From positions 6,510,001 through 6,574,000 of the forward strand of contig OU015568.1 of the NCBI GenBank assembly GCA_907165135.1: DNA of 64,000 nt, given 5' to 3'. The notes under the pieces are model-generated. The model searched no databases, was not told where the DNA came from, and worked only from the letters and a program-made list of their open reading frames with translations. The position numbers and the translations under genes are program-made. This DNA comes from Oikopleura dioica (taxonomy: Eukaryota; Animalia; Chordata). Shown here piece by piece: positions 21,777-33,142 of this stretch. Every line of letters starts with the position of its first letter. Position 1 is the first letter of the stretch.

Positions 21777-24700
21777 ATGAAGATTTTGATCTTTCTTTTT
21801 GGCCTTTTAAATCTATCCAGAGCAGAACGAAATAAGTTTTATAAACCGATTCGGCATGAAGAGAAGCAAGAAAAACTATCGGACAATAAGCTCAGAGCAT
21901 ATTTGGCGAAGGCGAACGTTTTACTCGGTTATGACAAACCGGTTAAGCCGCTGATAGAGATTGATGATCTGACACCTCCCTGGGAAGATGAAGAAGCTTG
22001 GGATGCTCTTGATCCAAAAGAAAGGAAGTGGTTCAATCTGGATTTAGCTAAAATTTAAAATTGTGCAGTAGAAGCTGCTTATTATTTAATTAATTTTAGT
22101 AACATTATTTTAGTCATAGAAAATCATATTAAAAAAGCGGATTTAGGAAAGTCACTCTGGATAATTATTAATTGCCATTGACGCGTTAGCAATAAAACTG
22201 CCTCCTGAAATTGAACCTGACCGAAGATGGCGTCTAAGAAAAGATTTTTACGCGCAGCAACGTGAACAGGCTTGTTGACAAATTTTGTTTATTCGCTTTT
22301 TAAACTAAAGCCTAAGATTATGACTTGGAAACCTCAAGTCACGCTCCACCAAAATATTTATAATTTGCGCCTTTTTTGATGAGTAGTTGCGATGGCTTCA
22401 ATTTAAGGATTTATAAGTTATAATTTTTCAACGGAAAAAAGGATGATGCTCGGGAGAAAAATAAACGAGCGGCGCAGATGGAAATTAACGAAAGAATGCA
22501 AGTGCAGGGAAAGTTTCTTGAAATCCTTCAGGACAAAGGAAAACACGTCGCTTTCTACTTCATTTCGCAGTTTCTCAAATTCAAGGAGAAGCAACGGCTG
22601 CGCAAAGAAGGAAAGTCTGTCGAGCCCAAACTGGTCAGAGAAGGACGCGGGCCGACTGAAAGACCAGCACTTGGGAAGCAGCCGCATTTTCTCTTCATCC
22701 TCGCGGACGATATGGGCTATCACGACATTGGATACCACCAGGCGGAGATTCTCACGCCTTTCATGGACAAACTCGCTACGACGGGCATCAGACTCGAGCA
22801 ATACTACGTTCAGCCCGTTTGCACTCCCACTCGTGTTCAACTTATGACCGGGAGGTATCAAATCCGATATGGAATGCAACACGGAGTTGTTCGCCCGCCT
22901 CAGCCTGATGGAGTCCCTCTCGACGAAAAACTCCTTCCCGAAGCGTTGAAAAAATGTGGCTACAATACGGAAATGATCGGCAAGTGGCACTTGGGCATGT
23001 TTACAGAAGATCATTTGCCGCAGAATCGCGGGTTTGATCATTTCATGGGATTCTATACCGGCTCCCAGGATTTCTTCTCGCACAACAAGTGCTTTTCTGG
23101 AATGTGCGGTTACGACTTCCGCGAGGCAACAGCTGGCCAGCCAGAGGTCATCAGATGGGACTTGAACAACACTTACAGTACTGGCGTCTTCGCGGACGAA
23201 CTCGAAAAGCGACTGAAGAAAATGGATCCCAGTGAACCTTCTTTTACTTATTTATCCTTCCAGGCCGTCCATTCCCCGCTACAAGGTTTGATTTTGGAAT
23301 AATTTAGGGGAAATAAGAATGTTTCTTTTTGTTTATTCGGAAAGCATATTTTTAGACCTCCTTGAGAATATTACTCTTCAGCGCCAACGAATTATCTAAT
23401 ATTGAATAGGATGTTTAAAGCTTTACCACAGCATTATTTCTTGATGGAATTAAAATAATCATTCAATGATCATCTTTTCTAGCCCCTCGAAAGTTCATCG
23501 ATCAGTACCGAAATCTAAAGAACCGTAAGCGACGAAACTACAATGCAATGGTGACAGCAATGGACACAGCGATCTACAAAGCTGTCAAAGCTTACAAAAA
23601 GTACAAATTCTGGGATGATACCATTCTCATCTTCTCCTCGGACAACGGAGGTAACCTCAAAGCTGGCGGCTCGAATTGGCCGTTGCGAGGAGCAAAAGGA
23701 TCGCTTTTCGAAGGTGGAGTCAGGACAATCGGCTTTGTTCATTCGCCTCTTCTTCCGGTAACGAGAATGGGCACTGTTTCGCACTCGTTGATGCACGTGA
23801 GCGATTGGTTTCCAACTCTTCTTCAGCTAGCCGGATGCAAAACTACCGATTATGGGGGAAAACCACTCGATGGTGTATCTCAAGTGCGCCAACTCTGGAT
23901 CGGCGGAGAAAACGACCACGCTCGAGATGAAATCCTCCATGGCCTCGACCCACTCAACAAAGTTAAGAATACTGTCGATCCACGACCCTTTCCGATCCTC
24001 AAGAACAGAACCTTCTCCGTCGACGTAGAAGGCGCATTGAGATGGAAGCAGTGGAAGCTGATCACCGGCTCAATCAAAATTTCAGAACAAACTCGTTGGT
24101 CGACTCCGCCAACAGCGATGTACGGCGGAGCAAAAACAATTTTTGACAAAGTTGAGTTGCCAAAGATTGCTTACATCGACGACCTCAAATTAGACGTGGA
24201 CGAGAAATCACTCGAAGAAACGATCAAGCTGAAACGAACAATGAAGCAAAGAACTCGTCGATCAGAAAAGTCAGGAATAGATCTCGACGAAGAACTCGAA
24301 GCAGATCTTTCATCGAAAAGGAAAAGGGCTCAATATTTTAGTTCTCTAAGAGAACTTATCTTTCTAGTATTTCCTTTTTTCTCTTTATTGAACCCTTGAA
24401 AAGTGATCTGCGAAAAACCGCCGCAGAAAGAGAACAAGAAATCAAAGATAAACAAATTCTGAAAAAACTCATGAAAAAGAAGAGCAAAAAATCTCCGGTG
24501 AAAAAATCCTGGCTTCGCTCAACAACTGCGAATAAGCAAGAAAAAGAAATCAAGAAGACCAAGCTTGTTCGTCTCTACAACGTCGTCGACGATCCCTTCG
24601 AGCGATTTGAGATTTCAGATGCTCATCCGCAAGTTGTCAATGTCATGCTTACAAAATTGGCGGATTACTACGACGCGTCAGTTCCACCACGATACCCCGC

Positions 24701-25292
24701 GTACGATCTCAGAGCCGATCCTGCTCTTGGCGATGGAGTTTGGCGACCCTGGAGATTGACCCCAGCTCAAATGAGCAACATGACAGCTGAGGAGAGAAAA
24801 AAATACTCGCAAGAAACTCATGTAAGTTTCAAAGATCAATGGAAGAAACAAAGAAGACATGTGTTTTTTCAGGGGTTAAATCGGGTTTGTATAAATATTA
24901 AACTTAGGAGATGTTTAATCACGTGGATGATGGAAACGGTATTCGCCTCCAATTTATGGAGAACTTGCTGGAAGCCAGGAATCGGATTGATAAAAAAATT
25001 AATACCAAGAAAACCAGAATAACCGAGAACTGAATATTAATCCATTCAAAGATCGTCAATTAGGCTTAAATCGGCTGTCACCGGTCCCGGAACCTCCCCA
25101 AGTCGCAAACGACTAGATGAGCGAGAAACTCGCGAGCTTCGGAAAAAGTACAATTCTGCTAAAAAAGAGGTTTTCATTACCTAAGTCTACCGATTTATAA
25201 ACTTTTTTCCCAGGCCCGAGAAATTTCAAAAAGAAACAAGCTCAACTCAAGACGTCGGAAATCACGAAGAGAATGAGTCAAAAACTACCTGA
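21777..25292 (+). CDS. Arylsulfatase (ARSB/ARSI/ARSJ-like) with charged N-terminal, internal and C-terminal extensions
   Basis: QPHFLFILADDMG, the sulfatase signature QPVCTPTRVQLMTGRY, GKWHLG, SSDNGG, HVSDWFPTL, LYNVVDDPFER and GVWRPW. Signal-peptide-like MKILIFLFGLLNLSRA at 21777; linkage of this first exon is inferred. Confidence 0.88.
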
Positions 25293-25401
25293 AACTATCT
25301 TTTGAAAGTTCACTGTAAATTTTATCTGTAAATTACTGGTAATTGATATTAAATTTTTATTTTTCACGTCTTGTTATTTGATCAAAAGAGAGAAATCAGA
25401 A

Positions 25402-25628
25402 TTAAAACATCTGGTACATCAGTTGAGGATTAACATTGCTAATTGGGCCCTTTATCGCGGGAGCAGGGACATTGAAGTCGCCATCGAAACTGAAATCAAG
25501 GATGAGAATCTGAGAAGACAGAACTTCTTTTACCTGTGAAAAGTATCCGCCCGTCGCTGCATTTCTCGTAATTGCCGGAAATTTAAAGCTTGAGCAAAAC
25601 CCAAAAACGCTACAATAGAAATCTTCAT
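25402..25628 (-). CDS. Small secreted peptide precursor, 60 aa, two exons; absent from the ORF track
   Basis: MKISIVAFLGFAQA|LNFRQLREMQRR|ADTFHSFDGDFNVPAPAIKGPISNVNPQLMYQMF*. A 44-nt GT-AG intron at 25490-25533 joins in frame, and AATAAA lies downstream. Confidence 0.6.
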
Positions 25629-26129
25629 TGCAGAGTTTTTAATTGGTAATTTTATTTATTTCTGTCGGCGGTGAATTTCAGAAGAGGACTTTATTGGCGC
25701 GTTGAAGAGCGGCCCCTAGCGAGGAGGGTTAATTTTTCATCGCGTTTTATGCGTCGTATTGTTCTGAACCTTCTGGGCGCTGCAGATCCCTTTTTGGTAG
25801 ATTGCGATCTTTAATCATAAAAGTAGTCGACTTGTCAGGAGGCTGAATAAATGACTGTTCAAGCCGACCTGATTTCCTATAGTAGATTAAACAATAGACT
25901 ATTAGTACGATCCATCATTCTCTTTGAAAGAATGAGTGTAACAAAGCTGAACTTCTCGTCCTTGTCTTTTGAATCATAAAAATGGTGATTCCTGGCCCCG
26001 TTTTTACACAAAAAGGAGAGCAAATACGTCTCTCTTGTGCACAGGAATATAAAAAATAAGAAAATTTTTCGGCCCCGTGTGCTCAGGCTTGAAAAACCAC
26101 ACAAGAAAAACGCTCAAGTGGAATTATTG

Positions 26130-28203
26130 AAAAGAGATCTTGCTAAAAGAAGACCAGAATGGATCAACAACAATATCCACAACCACCGCCGCCTCAACAG
26201 GTTCAAGGGCAACAGGAGGCTCAGCAGGAGATCCTAGAGCCGTATGTTTCAGAAGACAAGAGATGCATGTCGAACTCGTGGAATCAGCCACCAGGAAAGA
26301 TTGAAAAGACATCGAACGTCAATGCTCTTTCTGCTAGTTAATTTTTTATCGAATAACAATGAACTGTTTTGCCAGACTTTCCGGACAAGGGCAATTCATT
26401 CTCAAGTTCATTAAAAACAGTTCATGCGCTTTTAATTAAATGCACCAGAATCTGCTCGAGGTAAAGATTACCAGTAAGTTCAGCTCGAAGAAATTTCTAC
26501 AGAAGTAGCCCGACAAATAATTCTAACAAATGCTTTAACACATGCGAAACTTTAAGCCAGTCGATGTATTATTCAGCCAATCGAGTCAGATAATCTCGAG
26601 CTACACATGGAGAGAGATGCATTTTATTAATCTCTCATCTCATCCTTTTGTCCCGACATTCTCAAGAAGATAGTAATGCAGATTGCATGAAAAATAAACT
26701 CTTGATCCTTGTCATCCGATGATATAAACTTAAAAATTAACCATGCCGCCACTTTCCCTTAGTTCTGTCAATTGAGGACCTACATGCGTTTCAATCACTA
26801 AATACAGGGCCAACAACTGGAGAGCTCTGCCCAAAGTACGCGTGCTATGGATGCTGCAATGAAAAGGAAGCTCTGAAGCATTTTGCATCTGGAGATGCTT
26901 ATGGGCATTACGGACCGTATCAGTTTTCTGGATGCTCAAGTACTGGACAGGAACGAGCCAAAATGAGCGAAAAAGAAATTTTATGAACATGAACTTGAGC
27001 TTGAAAATAGGTCGACAGAACCAACTCCGGAGGACTCAGTGAACAGTGCCATACATTCATCCAAAACAACCACTGTCTTTCAGCCTGTAGGTAAGAGAAA
27101 GACCTTCAATAATTAAGAAATTAAATCAATTCAAAATATCAATTCAATCAATAGCCCCAACGTTTATCTTTGGTTTGCATCGACAGGAAACTCGCGCCAC
27201 GATGACCATCTTCATGGGATGAAGGCTTGCACGAATTTTTGCAGCGACTTTTACAATTCTTGCAAGAATGAATACATTTGCTACAACAAAGAAGGCCTTT
27301 CGGAGTATTTCATGGACTTTTTGGCCGGAAATCTTTCTGAAGAAAAGGACTACAAGATCTTCCACTGCGAAGGGAACTACGAGTGCCAGAAGATTCAAGA
27401 TAGCTTGATTGCCAAGCCACTAGGTACAGTAAATTCTAAAAGAACTGAGTCCCAAATCGGAACATCTGCTGACAATCTGTTTTAAGATCTGTCGCGTATG
27501 ACAAGCTTGGGCCTAAATATGAAGGCTGATACTCAGTCAAGGGATGAAATTGAAAATTTTTGCTCAAAGTTTTCATTTGGAATGTTTGAAATGCAAAAAG
27601 AATCAGGTAAGACAAAAGCATTGCCTTTGGAATGGGTTCAAAATCAACATCTTCCATTCTTAACGGATCATTTAGAATTGAATTTATGACGGAGGCAAAC
27701 AGGTTCAATTACTACTGTTTATTTCAGATCATGTTTGCATCGATCCCAGGGGAAAGTTCCATCATTAACGCTGTCAAAGCAAGGGAAGAAGTTTACAACG
27801 GGGCTTATCCAGCCGATAAAAGGTCAATAAGAAACACGGCCCAAGTTTTAATCAATCTTTAGATCATTCCCTGTAACTCAAGATTGTCCCACAGGACTCT
27901 CAAAAGGAGCAATAATTGGTATTTCTGTTGCCGTCACTGCTGGTGTTCTCCTTATTGCCATTTTGATACGGTTTTCAATCTTTTTCCATATCCATTTCAA
28001 GCAAAAAGCATCTGATTTAATGATTAATGTCACTCAGATTGAAAATCTGGAAGTAGGTATTCTTCTTATGCTGTAGGAAAAAGGATGATAAAGATGAAGA
28101 ATACACAATGGGGAACCAGTAAGATACAGAATAAGGTTCAAAGAAAGAAAGAACGAAATTCAGGACTGACTACGATCCGTCGACCAGAGCATCTCAAAGA
28201 TAG
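26130..28203 (+). CDS. Folate-receptor/riboflavin-binding-protein-fold type I membrane protein; 5' exons uncertain
   Basis: LCPKYACYGCCNEKEA, LSEQCHTFIQNNHCLSACSPNVYLW and KACTNFCSDFYNSCKNEYIC match the folate-receptor cysteine pattern. TM IIGISVAVTAGVLLIAILI, then a short cytoplasmic tail. Confidence 0.7.
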
Positions 28204-28477
28204 AAGAAAATTACAATGACATAGAACTGATTTGATTATTGAATAAAAAAACACGCCCCTGTCAATAATTCTCGTTGCGCATTATAGAATTGAAAATTTG
28301 ATTCAAATGAAAAATGACTCTACCTGTCTAAAAATCTACATTCGTCGGAAAAATCAGTTGACCTGGATAAAATCGATCATAATTAGACACTATTTTCTTT
28401 GTGACTAAACGGGAAAAGCTATATAATAAATAGCTGCTTCCGCTGCAATCACATTTTAGACTTTTCGAATTTTTAAA

Positions 28478-29507
28478 ATGGGTTTCTATTATCAATCTCC
28501 AAAGTGAGTCTATTTTTCACCTCCGAGAGCAAGTTTTAAGAGATACAATTCTAGCTTCAAGCAGGGCTTTTACTACGACGAAAAGCAGAAGCAGGGCTTC
28601 TACTACCAGAACGGATTCTACTACGATGGTTTTTACTATGACAACGGCAACCACGGCAAACCTGCTGATGGTTTCTACTACGACAACGGATTCTACTATG
28701 ATGGCTTTTACTACGACCAAAAGCAACAACAGCAGGGTAAGTCTTATGAAATCAAGGAAGAAAACATGATGAAATGACTAGGATTCTACTACGATGGATT
28801 CTATTACGACCAGCAGGACAAGTTCAACAAGGACAACAAGGACTACTGGTACAAGGGTGAAGGCAAGGAGCGCATGCTCGAAGCCATCAACGGCATCAGA
28901 ACCATGGTCGACCACTACGTCTTCCAGAACCAAGAAATCGTCCCTGGCAAGAAGGTAAGCCCCCTTCCTATTCTGATTCTCAACACTCCTCTCAGGCCGG
29001 TGACGCTATCAACTCCATCGTCGCCACTGAAGTTTGCCGACAAGTGATCAAGCACTTCACCAAGAACGTCAACCCCGACGAGTTCTTCGAAAACGGCGGC
29101 GACGAGGAAGGCCTTGCCGTTTTGATCGCCAACGAAGCCCAGCGAAACCTTTCTCCTGCTGTTGACTTCACCAAGGAATGGAGAGCGAAGGGATCTGAGG
29201 CTGAGGAAATCATGACTGAGGTAAAACAACATCCTCAATCTCTTCGACAATAGATTTCTAGGTCACCAAGGAGCTCGTGCCCTTCTGCGTCGTCTGGAAA
29301 TCCAAGCAGGAATTCACCTCTCCCAACGACGCTCAAGAGAACGCCCTTCAAACCCTCGTCGCCAAGCGTGCCGTCGCCGAGGCCAAGTACGCCTTCGCCA
29401 ACCAGACCGCTCCCGACATTTCCCCCAACGAGGCCGAAGCCGTTGCACAGTCCAAGAAAATCGCCGACGTCCTCGCTAAGAAGGCCATCGACGAAATTGG
29501 TGCTTAG
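28478..29507 (+). CDS. Uncharacterised protein of about 290 aa with ten GFYY(D/Q) repeats and a predicted helical C-terminal domain
   Basis: Five exons with GT-AG introns. MGFYYQSPKYNSSFKQGFYYDEKQKQGFYYQNGFYYDGFYYDNG... Strong C-ending codon bias, TATATAA near 28421, AATAAA after the stop. Confidence 0.85.
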
Positions 29508-29642
29508 AAATAAAGCCATCTTTTTTCATTCTGTTAATAAATATTTTTATTTGAAAACAAAAGTCTATGAGCAGTTACAAACATTTTTTCCCCATTTGCA
29601 AGACGACAAGGAGATTTTGTTTTTCATTTAAGAAATTTTGTC

Positions 29643-31214
29643 TTATAGACTTTGCTTCAAATCTTGAATTTTCATTTTCGCCGAATAATAATCTAAAAAA
29701 GCTTTCAAACAATCACTTCAAAAAACTTCTCGACCTTTATGGACAATGTGAAAAAACGGCAAAGCTTGAATTCTCGTGTACCATTTGTTCAATTTCTCAT
29801 TTTCTTCATATTTGAATTTTGGATGCAATTCCATCTGAATCAACAAACCGTAAACGAGAAAGTCAACCCAGGTCATATTTGCGCCGGTGAGATATTCGTT
29901 CTCGCCGAGAAGTTCGGTGAAATAGCTGTATCCCGCGATCTTTGCGTTTTCAATTGTTTCTTCTTCAACATTTTCGGGTTGGCCCATGAAGGTGGGGATG
30001 ACTAGCTGGCTGACGAAAGGCACAAGGGTTTCGTAGACGTATTTGACAATTGCATCGACTTTAATTGCTTCTGCTCCGTCAGGGTTCATGGCTAAAGGAT
30101 GAGCAAATGAACGACTAACAGATTGAGCGATTCTTACATTTCTGTTGTCCAAAATTGTCAATTAGATATTTTGAAATCTCCACTGATTCAGTAAACGTCA
30201 TGTTTCCATGAACCAGTTCGTTCTAGCTGTTTTCGGAGTGACAAACGGGTTCACAGGCAGCTGAAAAGTTAGATTTTGATTTTTTTGAGAAAATGGAGAA
30301 GAAAAAGGAAGAAAAATCGTATAGAAAAATATTGAAAATGACAGCGATTCCACCACCTTCTGAGAAAGAATTTTCAGGAGAGTTTTATAAAAAGTTCAGT
30401 TTTAAAAAGCATGAGCGTGCGCCATTATCTCAGTGGGTGCTGTCTCACGGCCACGCGTGGAAATGAGTAGCCAATCATATGCCCGGATCCATGATTTCAC
30501 TCAATCACAGACAGGCAAAAGCGTAGGCAAAATCGACCACCCTGTTAACGGGTTAACACAAAAATTCCCGGAAGAAGCTGATTTATGTTTGCTACAGCCA
30601 ATTATCTTGAATAAATGGGTCAAAAATGGCTTTTGTCAATGAATTTTTATAAAACATGTAAGAAAAAATTGGTGGTACTGTCGTACTTTTTACCTTCCAG
30701 GATCACTAACTGTAGATTCAAAATCAAAAGAGGCGATTTTCTGGAAATTAGATTTTCTGGCATATTATATTTTCTGGCAGTGCCAGAAAATCGCCTTTGC
30801 CAGAAAGTCTAACTGCCAGAAAGTCTAACTGCCAGAAAATCGCCTCTCTCGGACGGGAACAGTATGCTTCGGGTTTATTTTCAAAAACCATTCTTCCATT
30901 TGCTCTTGTTTTTCCAAGTCAATTTGGACGAATTCAATGCTGAGATTCTCGCACATTTTCGCGACCATGATCGTAGTTCTTGCAAAAGCGGATAGTCCAC
31001 TTACATACATTTTCATTTCCGCTTCTTTTTTCGTTTCTTCATTAGTAGTATCTTGCCCAGATAAGGAACTGTCGCTTGACTGCGATGCTGCTTCATTTTT
31101 TAATTGAGAATTTTCAAAATTTTTTTCTTGTTCTGAATCTTTTTCCAAGTCTTTATTCTCTGGCGCGTCAAGTTTGGCTACGTCACTTGTCGACTTTGAA
31201 TTATTGCACCCCAT
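29643..31214 (-). CDS. Glutathione S-transferase (Ser-type, theta/delta-like) with an N-terminal MGC acylation motif
   Basis: MGCNNSKS...MYVSGLSAFART...INPKHTVP / LVHGNMTFTESVEISKYL / YLTGANMTWVDFLVY. The roughly 600-bp first intron contains repeats. Confidence 0.85.
30452..30552 (-). mobile_element. Truncated second copy of the piggyBac-like MITE at 19925-20056
   Basis: cacgcgtggaaatgagtagccaatc...gcgtaggcaaaatcgaccaccctgttaacggg|ttaa aligns with the reverse complement of 19925-20030. Confidence 0.8.
30731..30845. repeat. Foldback element built from tgccagaaa subrepeats
   Basis: Ends aggcgattttctgg / ccagaaaatcgcct form a perfect 14-bp inverted repeat. Tandem tttctggca units sit on the left and tgccagaaa units on the right. 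Confidence 0.75.
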
Positions 31215-31443
31215 TTAAAAAATCTCTGTCCTCATTAAAACGTATTTACATACGTTTCCGCGTGGCTAACGAAAGCACTAACTTGTCGGTTGCCAGGGAC
31301 GATGGATTTTGGATTGTGTTTTGTTTATTTTTTCGGAAGTACAGTTCTCGGAAAATATTGTGCCTAGGCTATTTACAGTGCGTAAACATAACAGTTTCAG
31401 TTTTAGTAACATATAAAAATATAATTCTAAAAATTTACAATTT

Positions 31444-33142
31444 CTATTCTTCTGGCGCGGCTTCTTCTGAAGCTGCTTCGGCTTCTTTCTTTTCCTTCAT
31501 CATTTGTGCAACCTGAAATTGAAATTGAAAGATACAGATGATTATTTCTAAGATACCTTCGCCATCGTTTCCTTGAACTCGCCAACTTTCTTTGCAACAT
31601 GTTCGATAGCCATCATTCTGTGGATGAATTCTCGGAGAACAGCGAGATCCTCATCGGGATTCTCATGATCGTGCGCGGGATCGATGACAGTTTGGATCAA
31701 GTTGTTGAAGATGAAGAAATCCGCGATGCAGGGTTTCTCGCCACCAAAGAATTGCTTCTCGCCGAGTTTTTCTTGCGCCTCGAGTTTGGCGGCCTTGACG
31801 AATTCTCGGTTCTCATCCGGGATTGGAATACCTCGCATTAGTGGACCCTAAATTGTTATGTTCGGAGCTCGTTAAAATTTGCGATATTGAACTTACCACA
31901 ATCTTGATAGCAGCTTGGAAGCATTTTTCTTCGTCAAATTGAAGCAGTTCGTTGATTTCTTCCTGCTTTTCAATCGCATACAAGGAATGGTCGGGGCAGA
32001 ATGTCTCGACCAAATATTTGGCGATATCTCGAGACTGACCAATGCATTTTTCACCGTGTTTCATTCCTGGGACAGTTCCATTGGGATTGATCTTGAGGTA
32101 CTCTTCTGCTTTGTGTTCTTGTTTCATGAAATCCAGAACCTGAAATGTGTTAAATTTAAAAATAATGACAATAGTCAACCTGAGTATCGTAGTCGATAGC
32201 AAGCTCATCAGCAGTACAAAGAACGGCTCTAGCGAGAGGAGAAGCAATGTTGATGTAAAGAGTCGGCTTTTCGGCCTTGGTGAAGTTGCTCTTGACAGCA
32301 AAGAACGCTGAAATTCCGGTGAAAAAGGTCAACTGCAATTTGATTTACCTTTGTGGACAGTTGAAAAGAATGGAAGAGCAAAGATTCGCTTGGCCCAGAG
32401 TTTGAGCTTGTCGTGTTCGCCCTGAGAAATTACCTTTAGATGGGCTTTGTTGTTGTTATCTTTACCTTGCGGATGAGTGGGTGAACATCCATTTGCATCA
32501 ACAAGCTGAAAACGAGGAAATCGGCCCAAGTTGGCTTCTCAGTTCCAAAGAGGAAGTCGTTATCTCCGAGAATATTGTTGAAGTACTCGTATCCATGAAC
32601 CTTGGCAGCTTCAAGATCTTCTTCAGGAACATCCTCTGGTTTTCCGTGGACCAAAACGGGGAGAACAATTTTTTTCCCGATAGGACCAAGAGTTTCGTAG
32701 GCATATGCAACAACTTCTTTGATTTTCTCGGCTTGTTCGCCGGAAGGGTTCATTTCTTGGAAAGCATTAGGAGAAAATATGGGAGGAAGAGCGTACCTTT
32801 GTGCTTGCCGTAGTTGTCGATGAGATATTTGGAGATATCAACAGTCTCAGTGAGCACAGTATCTCCATCAACAAGCACGGGGACGGTGTGATTCGGGTTG
32901 ATTTTTAGGTACCAGTCTTCGTTCTGTTCACCCTTCATCAAGTCGATTTCGTGGTAATTGACCTCGACATCGCAAGTCTTCGCGACCATTATGGCAGTTC
33001 TCGCGAAAGGAGACAACTGGTTGACGTACAAAGTCACCGATTTCGAAGCCGAAACGACTGTTCCATTTTCTCCCTGGACAGCCTTCACTTCAGTTGTCGA
33101 AGCGACGGCAGCGTTGGCGGATTTCGAAGAGTTACAGCCCAT
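31444..33142 (-). CDS. Two-domain (tandem-fused) glutathione S-transferase with an N-terminal MGC acylation motif
   Basis: GST1 LYVNQLSPFART...INPNHTVP...TETVDISKYL...PTWADF. A 41-nt intron (32308-32348) joins in frame to GST2 LYINIASPLARAV...INPNGTVP...QSRDIAKYL...PCIADF. Confidence 0.85.

Noticed and set aside
22418-23083. 221-aa antisense ORF
   Set aside because: Shadow of the arylsulfatase exon, with no independent motif.
28540-28812. Regularly spaced ttctactac repeats as a possible CRISPR or satellite array
   Set aside because: These are the codons of the GFYY protein repeats, with synonymous variation and interrupting introns.
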